Assembly: GCA_015062345.1 (NCBI GenBank)
Contig: SUUV01000005.1
Location: 5,175 to 69,174, forward strand
Length of the DNA stretch: 64,000 bases
Source: Alphaproteobacteria bacterium
GTDB taxonomy: Bacteria > Pseudomonadota > Alphaproteobacteria > RF32 > CAG-239
Reading direction: 5' to 3'
The notes beneath the pieces are model-generated. The model ran no database searches, was not told where the DNA came from, and was given only the letters and a program-made list of their open reading frames with translations. This document shows positions 38,524 to 48,681 of the stretch, piece after piece. Made by a program: the position numbers and the translations under genes. How positions within the stretch are numbered: the stretch's first letter is position 1; every line of letters begins with the position of its first letter.

Positions 38524-39771
38524 ATGTCAATATTGTTAAAAAATGTAACCTTAAACAACCAAACTACCGATGTTTTTATCTCCGAAAACAAGTTCAAAAA
38601 AATTGCTCCAAACCAAAGTGTTAATGCCGATAAGGTGATAGATTGCTCACATTTTGCCATTTTACCGGCTTTTTACAACTGTCACTCACATGCACCGATG
38701 AGCATTTTCAGAGGCATAAGCGATGATAAAAATTTGTTTGATTGGCTCAATAATGACATTTGGCCCAGAGAAGCAAAACTTACTGACGAGATGATTTATA
38801 CTGCCACAAAATTTTCCGTTATGGAAATGATAAAAACCGGTACAGTTTTCTTTTCTGATATGTATTTTGGTATGAAACCATTGCTTAAAGCCGTTGCGGA
38901 TATGGGTATCAGAGCTGCTCTTTCTTTTGGTGCCTGCGATTTGTTTGATACTGAAAAATGCAAAGTCGAAATTGAAAAGATAAACGATTTTGTTGACACA
39001 CAAAATCCGAATTCCGAGCTGATACAAAAAGTTTTGGCTATTCATGCGGTTTATACGGTTTCGCCGGAGCTTATCAAGTTTAATGTTGACTTAGCAAAAG
39101 AACATAATATGCGCATTCATATCCACGCATGCGAGACCAAAAAAGAAGTTGATGATTGTGTTGAAAAATATGGCATAACGCCAATTGCTTTTTTTGACAA
39201 ACACAATGCACTAAGCGATAAAACCACCTTGGCACATTCGGTATGGCTTGATGATAACGACATAAAAATTTTGGCCGACAAAGGTGTATGGCTTTGCACA
39301 AACCCCTCATCTAATTTTAAATTATGTTCCGGAATGTTTATGTTGCAAAAACTTCTTGATAGCGGTTGCAACATCACATTAGGCACTGACGGCATGGCTT
39401 CAAACAATGAGCTTAGTATGTTAAGCGAAATGAAACTTTGTGCTCTTTCGGCCAAGATACAAGCACAAAATCCGACAGCAGGTTCGGCCGAAGATGTGTT
39501 CAAAATTGCCACCGTTAACGGAGCAAAATCCTTTGGAATTGATGCCGGCGAAATTAAAGAAGGAAAACTTGCCGACTGCATTTTGGTAAATTTAGACAAT
39601 CATTTCTTGGTACCAAACTACAATTTGATATCAAATATGGTATATTCGGCTGACAGCTCCGTAATTGACACCGTCATTTGTAATGGTAAAATATTGATGC
39701 AAAATCATCATATCGAGGGTGAAGAACAAATTATTGATGAAATGAAAAAATTGAGCGAGTTTTTCAGATAG
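38524..39771 (+). CDS. Amidohydrolase-superfamily deaminase (MTA/SAH-deaminase or cytosine/guanine-deaminase-like)
   Basis: HxH metal motif (NCHSHAPMS), HIHACET, TLAHSVW and GTDGMASNN, characteristic of the ATZ/TRZ-MtaD subgroup. Confidence 0.7.
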   Translation: MSILLKNVTLNNQTTDVFISENKFKKIAPNQSVNADKVIDCSHFAILPAFYNCHSHAPMSIFRGISDDKNLFDWLNNDIWPREAKLTDEMIYTATKFSVMEMIKTGTVFFSDMYFGMKPLLKAVADMGIRAALSFGACDLFDTEKCKVEIEKINDFVDTQNPNSELIQKVLAIHAVYTVSPELIKFNVDLAKEHNMRIHIHACETKKEVDDCVEKYGITPIAFFDKHNALSDKTTLAHSVWLDDNDIKILADKGVWLCTNPSSNFKLCSGMFMLQKLLDSGCNITLGTDGMASNNELSMLSEMKLCALSAKIQAQNPTAGSAEDVFKIATVNGAKSFGIDAGEIKEGKLADCILVNLDNHFLVPNYNLISNMVYSADSSVIDTVICNGKILMQNHHIEGEEQIIDEMKKLSEFFR

Positions 39772-39837
39772 AATATTGACAAAACCCATAAATGTTGTTA
39801 CATTGGCAATATCGAAAAATTTTTAAGCAATTATCAT

Positions 39838-40353
39838 ATGAAAGAATTATCAAGAAAAATCAGTGAACTGCAACTGTTTGCTGACATTATGGCTACAAAA
39901 GATGATATGTGGCTTGTCCGTTTTAAACGGTGGTTTAATTGTACACTTAGTTCTTATTGTCGGGTTTATACATTGTTTTTGTTGGCTGAGAGTGACTTTG
40001 CCTACAAATATCGAGATATGACTGTTGACGATTTTACACAAGCCCTGTTTAACAACTATGTTGCAGAAATTTTCAAATCTGCACGGTATAGGAGAGAAAA
40101 GCTTGAATGGTGGAATGAAGTTTACACAGACTATCAAAATGCTTTACTTATATACGACAGATTGAAAAGACAAAGAGCTTTTTATATCGCATCTCATCTT
40201 AGAAAACTCAAAAATTGTTCGTATAGGATTCAGGTAAAAGACATCAAGCTTAGTATGACGGATATTGTTGAAATTGCATTTGCCCGCTATGCGGCCGAAG
40301 CTAAAGGAAACTATTTGAGTTTTGAAAAATTTATGCAAGAAAAGGAGGGTTAA
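39838..40353 (+). CDS. Hypothetical protein (171 aa)
   Basis: Intact ORF; a terminator hairpin overlaps the stop (40343-40368). Confidence 0.4.
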   Translation: MKELSRKISELQLFADIMATKDDMWLVRFKRWFNCTLSSYCRVYTLFLLAESDFAYKYRDMTVDDFTQALFNNYVAEIFKSARYRREKLEWWNEVYTDYQNALLIYDRLKRQRAFYIASHLRKLKNCSYRIQVKDIKLSMTDIVEIAFARYAAEAKGNYLSFEKFMQEKEG

Positions 40354-40426
40354 AAACCTCCTTTTCTTAATTAAATTTAAACCATCTTAATGTAAAAAAA
40401 CAACATTATAATCAGAGGATTTTTTA

Positions 40427-41113
40427 GTGACGGATTTTTCTTATCAATATTATTCCAATTGCGACAAGCCGAAAAAATGGTTGTTTTTCTTGCACGGTTA
40501 CAACAATTCGCAAGAAGAAATGGAACATATTTATAACAATCTGTTGGCTAAAACTAATCAATTGGGCATAATCGCTCCCATAGGTAGCCAAGTTGCATCT
40601 GCCGATAACAAACGGCACAGTTGGTGGAAAATATCCGGTTTCGACACCGAAGGTAAAAGACTAAGACCTGAAACATCAATTGAAGAAATTGTTTTAATAT
40701 ACAATCAGATTGGGCAAATTTCACTTGAAACCGCCGACAAAATGAATGCTTTTATTGATAAAATGCAACAAATTTACAATTTTGACAACAACCAAACATA
40801 CATTGCCGGTTTTTCTCAAGGCGCAATGCTCGGAATATGGACTGCTCTAACCCGCAAATCACCGATACAAGCTTGTTTTTCATGTTCTGGATTAGTTGTT
40901 GCCGACAATTTGTTGGCTAAAAAAATTGTATCTAAACCGAAAATTTATCTGATGCACGGAAAACAAGACAAACAAGTGATGTATAAATGCCTTGAATATA
41001 GCTTTAACACCTTAAAAAACTTAGAAGTTGATACCGAAGCAATTTCGTTTGAAAATTTAACCCATGAAGTAAATATAAAAGAAACCGAGTTTATGGTTTC
41101 TAAAATAAAATAG
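40427..41113 (+). CDS. Phospholipase/carboxylesterase-family alpha/beta hydrolase
   Basis: FFLHGYNNS; nucleophile elbow GFSQGA; C-terminal MHGKQD with His. This matches the PF02230-type esterase layout. Confidence 0.65.
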   Translation: MTDFSYQYYSNCDKPKKWLFFLHGYNNSQEEMEHIYNNLLAKTNQLGIIAPIGSQVASADNKRHSWWKISGFDTEGKRLRPETSIEEIVLIYNQIGQISLETADKMNAFIDKMQQIYNFDNNQTYIAGFSQGAMLGIWTALTRKSPIQACFSCSGLVVADNLLAKKIVSKPKIYLMHGKQDKQVMYKCLEYSFNTLKNLEVDTEAISFENLTHEVNIKETEFMVSKIK

Positions 41114-41188
41114 TGTTATTAAGTGCTAAAAGCAATTGAGATTTTTATAGGCTCTTGGTATGCTTGGTCATTAATAAGGAGATAAGTT

Positions 41189-41770
41189 ATGACTAAAGTT
41201 GCCGTGTGGTGCCGTCATCAAAATGATAACATAATCGGAATAGGCCCTCATATTCCGTGGCATATATCATCAGATTTTAAGCGTTTCAGAAGAATTACCG
41301 AAGGACAAAACATTGTTGCCGGCGAAAAAACATATGAAAGTTTCCCGAACAGAACTTTGCCGAACAGAAAAATTTATGTTTTGACCTTAAACAAAAATTA
41401 TGAAGTATCAGATAAAGAAAATCATTTTGTGGTGAGTGATATCAATAATTTTCAAGAATTTGAACAAGATCTATACATTTCCGGCGGCGCCACGATATAT
41501 AAACTTTTTATGAACAAACATGAAAAATTGATGCCGGACATTGTGGTTGACAGTATGTATAAAGGTGAAATTAATCCTGATTTAAAGGGTGATAAAATTG
41601 ATATTTCCGAATGTATTGAAATTATGAGTAAAAAATATTTCAAAATTTCATCAGATTATGAAGAAGATAATATCACAACCACCGTTTGGGTTAAAAAAGG
41701 TGATTTTGTTGAACAATCGGTCTTAAAAAGAATCATTTTAGCAATTGAAAATAAAGGAGCTGTAAGATGA
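41189..41770 (+). CDS. folA: Dihydrofolate reductase-like protein (with ~35-aa C-terminal extension)
   Basis: Aligns with E. coli DHFR: IGIGPHIPWHISSDFKRF (PW...D motif), NIVAGEKTYESF, LPNRKIYVLT, LYISGGATIYKLF. Confidence 0.65.
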   Translation: MTKVAVWCRHQNDNIIGIGPHIPWHISSDFKRFRRITEGQNIVAGEKTYESFPNRTLPNRKIYVLTLNKNYEVSDKENHFVVSDINNFQEFEQDLYISGGATIYKLFMNKHEKLMPDIVVDSMYKGEINPDLKGDKIDISECIEIMSKKYFKISSDYEEDNITTTVWVKKGDFVEQSVLKRIILAIENKGAVR

Positions 41771-42222
41771 AAGAATTAATAAAGTCATATAAAGACAAAG
41801 ACGAGATTTTAAGCGATTATGAAAGTTTTAAGAACAACTGGCAATATGATATTGAAAATGAAAAAGGCGAGCATTTAAGCGGATTAAAGATTGAGAAAAA
41901 TATAAACTCAATAAAATATGTCAATTTGCAAGAATGGGCAGGAAATATGCACGATAAGGAACATTTGACAAGCGAAGAAATTGAAAATTTCCGAATTTGC
42001 TTAAAAAACCAGTTTATCATCATCAACACCAAGAATCCGGCTCCCGAGCCTGTGCTTGACTATGAAACCGAAAAACAAAGATATATTGCAAGAAATAAAC
42101 GCATGGTTAATGCAGCAAGAGAAAACGGCAGAGATGAAACATATCTTAAACAAATGGAGCAAGATTTAAACCATATGATGTATGAATATCTTGAAAGGGT
42201 ATTTGGTGGAAAAGGCAGATAA
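41767..42222 (+). CDS. Hypothetical protein (151 aa), first gene of a module inserted between folA and thyA
   Basis: Its start overlaps the folA stop (ATGA). No recognisable motif. Confidence 0.4.
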   Translation: MKELIKSYKDKDEILSDYESFKNNWQYDIENEKGEHLSGLKIEKNINSIKYVNLQEWAGNMHDKEHLTSEEIENFRICLKNQFIIINTKNPAPEPVLDYETEKQRYIARNKRMVNAARENGRDETYLKQMEQDLNHMMYEYLERVFGGKGR

Positions 42223-43498
42223 TTACATCGAAAGTTTTTTGGATAATGCAACTTTTAAAAATATAAACGAGCCGGTTGCATTGTTCTTTTCGTATGTAGA
42301 TACTGAATTTTTTGAATATTATAAGACCGACAAAAAAGAGCTTATAAATATTAACAGTGTTCGTAAGAACCAGTTGATTGATTTTTTGGAGGGAGCAAAA
42401 TATTTAGTGGTTGCGGAAGATAATATTTTAGCCTCACATCCGGCAACAATTGTGGTTAGCAACCGAGGCATTCAAACTCCTTTTTTAGAACCCGATAAAG
42501 CCAAAGACTTTGCTTATGATATGCTATCATATATAGAAAGCACCGGTTTTGTTAAAGTAATGAGCAAAGTTTTGGCGATTCGCTTAAGTCAACTTCCGGC
42601 ACCCGAATTAGAAAAAGGCGGACAACCGATTGTATATTCTCACTTAAAACACCCTGATAAAAAAGTTGTCGATTACATTAATTATCGTTACGGAAAAGAT
42701 TTTATCAATCAACAATATAAATATGCTTGGTCACAAGGACTTGATACTGCGCAAAAGAAAAAACAAATTCCAGATATTGCTGATTTGAGTCAAGATTTAT
42801 ATTCAGGACGCAAATTTACCGTTCATCCGTATTATTCATATGCAAACAAAGACTTAGAATCGAGATATCATACTTATGCCACCCCTCATTATGTACATGC
42901 GGCAAAGTTTTGCGGGCAAAAATATGCCCCATTCGGCCTTATCCACCATTATCAAAAATCTGAAAATCAGGTCTATTATGATGATTATGCCATAGAATAT
43001 AACGGAAAACCGGAAACTACTGTTGATAAACAACTTGAAACTATTGTTGTACCAAAGGACAACGAATATAACGGACTCGAAATGTATATGGATACTCGTT
43101 ACTATATGATACCTGACGATGAAGAAAGTTGGATAGCCTTTAAAGAAAATTTAAGAGCTTCATATATACCGTTAAATGAATATTTAAAAAACCGAAGAAT
43201 AAACATCTTAAAAGAAGCCAAAGATAATGGAAACAGAGCTAAAACTTATTTTCCCATAGGTTTGGATTTACAAAATCTATTGCTTGAAAATTATCATCCA
43301 CAAAATGCAACATTAGATGATGTTTTAATTGATAATAATGTCATTTTAAAGCATTATAAAAGCAATGCTGATTTTGAAGCCTCAATTAAACAAATGCAAC
43401 AAAAAGTTAATCAGGCAAAACAAATTGATAATTCAAAAGAAATTAAACAAACGGCAAAAGTAATAAATACAATTGAAAATAAAGGAGCTGTAAGATGA
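42182..43498 (+). CDS. Hypothetical His/Tyr-rich protein (438 aa), second gene of the inserted module
   Basis: Overlaps the previous ORF by 41 nt in a different frame, with no clear RBS at the annotated ATG. Its C-terminus IENKGAVR is encoded by the duplicated folA/thyA junction. Confidence 0.4.
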   Translation: MNILKGYLVEKADNYIESFLDNATFKNINEPVALFFSYVDTEFFEYYKTDKKELININSVRKNQLIDFLEGAKYLVVAEDNILASHPATIVVSNRGIQTPFLEPDKAKDFAYDMLSYIESTGFVKVMSKVLAIRLSQLPAPELEKGGQPIVYSHLKHPDKKVVDYINYRYGKDFINQQYKYAWSQGLDTAQKKKQIPDIADLSQDLYSGRKFTVHPYYSYANKDLESRYHTYATPHYVHAAKFCGQKYAPFGLIHHYQKSENQVYYDDYAIEYNGKPETTVDKQLETIVVPKDNEYNGLEMYMDTRYYMIPDDEESWIAFKENLRASYIPLNEYLKNRRINILKEAKDNGNRAKTYFPIGLDLQNLLLENYHPQNATLDDVLIDNNVILKHYKSNADFEASIKQMQQKVNQAKQIDNSKEIKQTAKVINTIENKGAVR

Positions 43499-44280
43499 AA
43501 CAATATCTTGATTTATTGCAGGACATTTTAGATAACGGAGTTGATAAACTCGACCGTACCGGTGTCGGTACTCGCTCGGTGTTCGGTCGGCAAATGCGTT
43601 TTGATTTAAGCAAGGGTTTTCCGCTTGTCACAACCAAAAAAGTTCACTTAAAAAGCATTATACATGAGCTTTTGTGGTTTATAAAAGGCGACACTAATAT
43701 CAAATATTTGCAAGATAACGGTGTGCGCATCTGGAATGAGTGGGCTGATGAAAACGGCGATTTAGGTCCGGTTTACGGCTCACAATGGCGCAATTGGAAC
43801 GGAGACGGTATCGACCAATTATCTGATGTAATTGAGCGCTTAAAGACCAATCCCAATGATAGAAGAATGATTGTTTCGGCTTGGAATGTGAGCAAAATTT
43901 CAAAGATGAAATTACCGCCCTGTCATATGATGTTTCAGTTTTATGTAGCAAACAACAAGCTTTCTTGTATGTTGTACCAAAGGTCATGCGATATGTTCTT
44001 AGGTGTTCCGTTTAACATTGCATCATATGCGCTTTTAACAATGATGATTGCGCAAGTTTGCGGCCTTGAAGTCGGTGAATTTGTGCACACTTTGGGTGAT
44101 ACACACATTTATCACAACCATTTTGAGCAAGTAAAAGAACAACTTTCACACACTCCGCTTAAATTACCGACAATGAAAATCAATCCGTCGGTTAAAGATA
44201 TAAATGACTTTAAGTTTGAAGATTTTGAACTTGTCGGATATGAAAGCTACGGAGTTATAAAAGGAAAAGTAGCCGTATAA
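43495..44280 (+). CDS. thyA: Thymidylate synthase (ThyA type)
   Basis: Near-colinear with E. coli ThyA: MKQYL..L...DRTGTGT, catalytic PCH, SAWN, DTHIY. 261 aa. Confidence 0.95.
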   Translation: MKQYLDLLQDILDNGVDKLDRTGVGTRSVFGRQMRFDLSKGFPLVTTKKVHLKSIIHELLWFIKGDTNIKYLQDNGVRIWNEWADENGDLGPVYGSQWRNWNGDGIDQLSDVIERLKTNPNDRRMIVSAWNVSKISKMKLPPCHMMFQFYVANNKLSCMLYQRSCDMFLGVPFNIASYALLTMMIAQVCGLEVGEFVHTLGDTHIYHNHFEQVKEQLSHTPLKLPTMKINPSVKDINDFKFEDFELVGYESYGVIKGKVAV

Positions 44281-44291
44281 CGGTTTTATAA

Positions 44292-44326
44292 AACACCGCC
44301 TCTTTCATAAGAGGCGGTGGGTTTGT
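44292..44326 (+). terminator. Rho-independent terminator after thyA
   Basis: caccgcctct-ttcata-agaggcggtg followed by GGTTTGT. Confidence 0.5.
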
Positions 44327-44378
44327 AACTTATGTCTACTTTTTGAAAATATCAAACAGTAATACAAGTTAAGATATA

Positions 44379-44813
44379 TTAATAAGTCCTTGTTAATGTA
44401 AATGAACCTTCGTATACTCCTGCTGCAACATTAGCGGGGATATGTAATGCTGTAAACAAGCTGTTCATCTCGTTTGAAGCACCATATACAAGTGTCAAAA
44501 CATCATCACTGGTTGAAGATAAAAGGTCTAGAGTATTCTCTATATCATCATTACCAAAATCGTTCACATTGCACACAACATCTCCGCTTCCACTCATGGA
44601 TATAAAATCTTCACTTTCACTCATATTATCTTCAATTACCATATCTTCATTGTCTTGTTTAACAACAATAGTACCATAATCAAGGTTGTTACAAGTAAAA
44701 GTGCCTGCTACTTGAATTGTTGCCTTAGCGGTTACTTCTGCGTAGTCGGTGGTTGCGTTGGCGGTGCTTGTGAGCATTAAAGCCACAGCTGATAAAAGAA
44801 AATATTTTCTCAT
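44379..44813 (-). CDS. Secreted SCPU-domain family protein, paralog 5 (acidic, Asp/Glu/Ser-rich)
   Basis: MRKYFLLSAVALMLTSTANA; CNNLDYGTIVVKQDN; LHIPANVAAGVYEGSFTLTRTY. Confidence 0.6.
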   Translation of the reverse strand: MRKYFLLSAVALMLTSTANATTDYAEVTAKATIQVAGTFTCNNLDYGTIVVKQDNEDMVIEDNMSESEDFISMSGSGDVVCNVNDFGNDDIENTLDLLSSTSDDVLTLVYGASNEMNSLFTALHIPANVAAGVYEGSFTLTRTY

Positions 44814-44953
44814 TTTTAAAATTCCTTTACAAAAATAGTTAAACTTAATTTGAAAGGCAAAAATTTACCTTTCACATCGCATCATAAACCGTTTTTTTTT
44901 TTTGCAAGTAAAAAGAGTCTAATTGTGGATTTAAATCAAAAATGAGGTAAAAA
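44814..44953 (-). promoter_or_regulatory. Conserved family promoter/leader cassette (copy C) with T12 (44892-44903)
   Basis: Same cassette. Confidence 0.6.
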
Positions 44954-45594
44954 CATATTGACTTTGATGCTTTTTTTTATAATTCTTAATAAGGGGGATG
45001 CGGATTATGATTGAAATGAAAGAAAAATTGACCGGTACACGCATATATTTGCAAAAGCCTGAGGTGAGTTTTGAGTTTGCAAAAAAAATGTTTGCGGTTG
45101 TTGATGCCAACAGAGATATCATTATGCCATGGTTAGAGTGGGCACTGCCAACTATTACAAAATCTGCGGAAGATGATTTTGCATTTGCCTATGAGGCTGA
45201 TAAGGCTTGGAAAACAGGTGAGCGTTTTGAATATCCGATATACGATATTAATAACGATGAATTTTTGGGTATAATTGGTGTGATAAAAAGAGGGAAAGAC
45301 CGAAATTTGGCATTTGAGCTTGGCTATTGGCTCAAAAAAGATGCTTGGAAAAAAGGATATATCCAAGAGGCAATCAAATTGGTTGAAGATGAGCTCTTTG
45401 CCCAAGGTATTGTGCGGATTACCATAAGAGCTGATGTGGAAAATGAAAATTCAAACAAAACAGCCCAAAAAGCCGGATATACTTTTGAAGGCACATTGAA
45501 AAAAAGTCACTATAATATGTGTTTGCATCAGTTTAGGGACCTGAATTTGTATTCTAAAACAAAAGCATAAATTCTAAATATTTCTAAAAGCGAA

Positions 45595-45850
45595 GATGTT
45601 TTTCTGACCTACCGCACAGCGCAGGTCGAAACATAACTTTTATTTAAAATCGGAAAATATTTGTTTTTTATCCTCATACTTTGAAACCGCCTCCTAACTG
45701 TCACTCCGGCACTTGATGCCAGAGTCCGCCTCCTCACTGTCACTCCGGCACTTGATGCCGGAGTCCAGGTGGTAATATAGCTAAATTATTCCCTGGATAC
45801 CGGTGTCTATTCCAAGCTAAAGCTTGGGCACCAGTATGACGGTGATGAGA
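45595..45850. repeat. Structured ~270-bp repeat element, right copy (inverted relative to 9871-10140)
   Basis: Reverse-complement match to the left copy. Contains two tandem ~36-bp units (ctgtcactccggcacttgatgcc[a/g]gagtcc), each with a CCGGCA...TGCCGG hairpin. Confidence 0.7.
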
Positions 45851-45862
45851 GAGACACCTCTA

Positions 45863-45993
45863 CATCAAATTTGATTTAAATCCACAAATAGACTCTTTTT
45901 ACTTGCAAAAAAAAAAAACGGTTTATGATGTGATGTGAAAGGGCATTTTTGCACCTTTCAAATTAAGTTTAACTATTTTTAAGGATTAAAATT
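45863..45993 (+). promoter_or_regulatory. Conserved family promoter/leader cassette (copy D) with A12 (45907-45918)
   Basis: Same cassette on the + strand: cTTGCAA(A)10CGGTT-TATGAT...AAGGATTAAAATT-ATG. Confidence 0.6.
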
Positions 45994-46470
45994 ATGAGAA
46001 AATATTTTCTTTTATCTGCCGTTGCTCTCTTGGCTGCAACATCTGCAAATGCAACCACCGATTACGCTGAAGTAACAGCTCGTGCTACCATTGAAGTGGC
46101 TGGTAAAATAAGTTGTACTGATATGAACTTCGGCACTATCGTTGTTAAAAAAGACAATGCAGAATCTGTTGTAGATATGAACTATATCTTTAATGACGAG
46201 TCTTATTGGGATGTATCTACTCAAGGTGATATTATATCCATAACAGGATACGATTTAACAAAATGTGAAAATGGCTTTCTTGCTATGGGTGACCCATATC
46301 ATCCGGAATTTCCGAGCGAAATTACTTTATCTAACGGTACAAGCAAGATTACTGTAACCGATGTGTATTATGATGGAGAAAAAGTATCTTCAGCCAAATT
46401 ACACATTCCGGCAAAGGTAACCGGTGGAGAATATACAACATCATTTACTATCCAACAGGTAATGCCATAA
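45994..46470 (+). CDS. Secreted SCPU-domain family protein, paralog 6
   Basis: MRKYFLLSAVALLAATSANA; CTDMNFGTIVVKKDN; KLHIPAKVTGGEYTTSFTIQQV. Confidence 0.6.
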   Translation: MRKYFLLSAVALLAATSANATTDYAEVTARATIEVAGKISCTDMNFGTIVVKKDNAESVVDMNYIFNDESYWDVSTQGDIISITGYDLTKCENGFLAMGDPYHPEFPSEITLSNGTSKITVTDVYYDGEKVSSAKLHIPAKVTGGEYTTSFTIQQVMP

Positions 46471-46484
46471 TTTACTAAACACAA

Positions 46485-46524
46485 CAAAACCCCGTTGATT
46501 TTCATCAACGGGGTTTTTATATTT
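46485..46524. terminator. Bidirectional terminator between convergent genes
   Basis: aaaaccccgttgat-tttc-atcaacggggtttt, with T-runs on both strands. Confidence 0.6.
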
Positions 46525-48662
46525 TACTTTCTTTCTTCAACCGTCATTTCTTCGGGTGCTTTCGGTTCAGACTTTAAGATAAGTTCTGTGACCGGTTTAT
46601 AAACGGTTTGTTGCCATGGGCTTACCTTTTCGTAAAGTTTTTCACAAATTGATAAGCCTAAGCTTCTTAAAGCCGTTTCGGTCGGCAAATATAAATCCGT
46701 TCCGCTATCGGTCTTTTTGCCGGTATGTGCCATACCGTTAATTGTACCGTTTGCATCAATCAAAACTCCACCGATGGTCACATCTTGTACATATGTATCA
46801 AGCATAATTTCCGAGCCTTTATCTTCGCTATAACGATAACCTGTAACTTTACCGTTGTTATCAAGATAGTTTTCACCGTCCTCAAAGTTTTCAACATCTA
46901 ACATACCCAAAGTCATAAAACCGCCCTGACCTACTTTCGGCAAGTCTAGATTTAACGACAACGGAGTATATTTTGTTTCTTCATCAAGCATAATCAGGGC
47001 TGTGTTTTTGCTCAAATTCACCCTTACGGCTTTACCTGACAACTCTTTGCCGTTGATGGTTTTGAGTTTGTACACATTGTTGTTTTTATCTACCAAATTT
47101 GCCGATGTTAAAACAAAGTTTTCCGATACGATAAGTCCGGCACCTTTTTTACCGCTCATATTACTAATTTCAACTACCGAGGCTCTTACTTTGTACAAGT
47201 TTTGAGCATCTAAAGTTTCATAAGGAGGTCTGTCAACAATGCAAAGACTGTCAAAAACTTTATCACCATTTTTCATATCCACCCAAGTGTCATCAACAAC
47301 CTGACAATCACCACCTGAGATAACTCCTCCATTTTGGTCAATACAATTATCAAAAATTGCATTATCAACGACAACTCCTTGGTTTACAACAACTTCAGGC
47401 ACGCAATCTAACACATTGCACTCATCACAAGTCGGGCATACATTGCACACTTCGCATCTATCAACAACAATTGTTTGCTCAACAACCGCCGGACATTGCA
47501 TTATATTAATGTCCTGACGACTTATTTGACATTGTTTAACCAAATTTTGTTCTTCTTTTAGTTGGCATTTTGCCGGATTTAAGGCAATTTCTTCATCAAT
47601 CAAAGCCTGTCTCTGATTTGACAATTCTTCAGGTGTCAAGCGTACCATAAGTTGTTCTTCAAAACCGCTCATATTACGCAAATTAACAGCCGCATCGGCA
47701 AAAGCTTTTTCAACAAGTTCAATTTCACCGTTTTCTTGTCCGCTTAATACATCACTGTAACCTGTTGTCTGACCTTCCCACAACACTTTGGTTTTGGTTA
47801 AATCAGTGAGGCGCCATGTAACCGTAATTTCGGCCGAACCGCTGCGACTGTCGGTTTTTTTGATATCTTTATAGTCATATCCGTCACAAACATTCATATA
47901 AAAATCAGTAATCTCGGCTGATAAAACATATTCTGGCATAGCAGACGGTGTATCTTGCAAGCACAAATCTTCAGGCATTTTTACCAAATTGTAGCAATCA
48001 CCGGTTACATCTTCAAACACTTTAGAAAAATTCATATTCTTTTCTAAAATTCTGCCTTGATTTAAGATGGCTTCTTTATCAAAACGACGACATCCAAAAA
48101 TGCGGAAACGATAATTTCCGAGTTTGTTGCCGTATGCAGAAGACGATTCGACGTCCGAAAGCCTAAAATCAACATGGTCTAAATACAACGGTGCCATGGA
48201 ACAACAATCACGAGCCACTGCCTGATGTATGAAGTCATTATATTCCACAACATAGTTTGCAATTTTCGGTTGCGGTTTGGCAACAGGAGCCGGTGCCTTG
48301 CATTTTTTGCACGGTCCGGTATCAAAAATCGGTCCGCTTTTATGGTTTGTCGAACAAGAACCCGTATCAAAAATCGGCCCGCTGTTAAAATTAAACCAAC
48401 TGTTTTCAGATGATAAAGTTTGCTCAGTAGCTGTTTCTTCTTTGTATTCGTTATAAACAGGAGCACTTTTAGCAACAGCGCTTGAACTATGTCCGGATAC
48501 TTTGGCTTGCGGTTTTAATCCGTTTCTTCGTCTGTTCATCATTTCTTTTATCGAATTGTTATCGGCATTTTTGTAGGCTGCCACATCATTTGAAACGACA
48601 ACTGATGTAACGGCCGCAACGGCAATTGCGAAACATAGTTTGTATAATTTTGAAATTTTCAT
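46524..48662 (-). CDS. Large secreted multidomain protein: tandem 14-aa repeats, Cys-rich module, C-terminal trypsin-like (possibly inactive) domain
   Basis: Signal peptide. SGPIFDTGSCSTNHK / SGPIFDTGPCKKCK repeat. CEVCNVCPTCDECNVLDC cluster. C-terminal ~220 aa resemble a chymotrypsin-fold peptidase (GAGLIVSENFVLTSANLV...GGVLIDANGTINGMA) but lack an obvious His and GDSGG Ser. Confidence 0.4.
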   Translation of the reverse strand: MKISKLYKLCFAIAVAAVTSVVVSNDVAAYKNADNNSIKEMMNRRRNGLKPQAKVSGHSSSAVAKSAPVYNEYKEETATEQTLSSENSWFNFNSGPIFDTGSCSTNHKSGPIFDTGPCKKCKAPAPVAKPQPKIANYVVEYNDFIHQAVARDCCSMAPLYLDHVDFRLSDVESSSAYGNKLGNYRFRIFGCRRFDKEAILNQGRILEKNMNFSKVFEDVTGDCYNLVKMPEDLCLQDTPSAMPEYVLSAEITDFYMNVCDGYDYKDIKKTDSRSGSAEITVTWRLTDLTKTKVLWEGQTTGYSDVLSGQENGEIELVEKAFADAAVNLRNMSGFEEQLMVRLTPEELSNQRQALIDEEIALNPAKCQLKEEQNLVKQCQISRQDINIMQCPAVVEQTIVVDRCEVCNVCPTCDECNVLDCVPEVVVNQGVVVDNAIFDNCIDQNGGVISGGDCQVVDDTWVDMKNGDKVFDSLCIVDRPPYETLDAQNLYKVRASVVEISNMSGKKGAGLIVSENFVLTSANLVDKNNNVYKLKTINGKELSGKAVRVNLSKNTALIMLDEETKYTPLSLNLDLPKVGQGGFMTLGMLDVENFEDGENYLDNNGKVTGYRYSEDKGSEIMLDTYVQDVTIGGVLIDANGTINGMAHTGKKTDSGTDLYLPTETALRSLGLSICEKLYEKVSPWQQTVYKPVTELILKSEPKAPEEMTVEERK

Positions 48663-48681
48663 TTTTATTCTCCTGTTTTAT

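Noticed and set aside
45600-45640. A small palindromic segment (gacct...gcgcaggtc / cctgcactgcg...caggtcgaaa) at the outer edge of both inverted-repeat copies that appears in the same orientation in both
   Set aside because: It is explained by the segment being itself imperfectly palindromic. I could not establish an independent feature such as a terminator or recombinase site from sequence alone.
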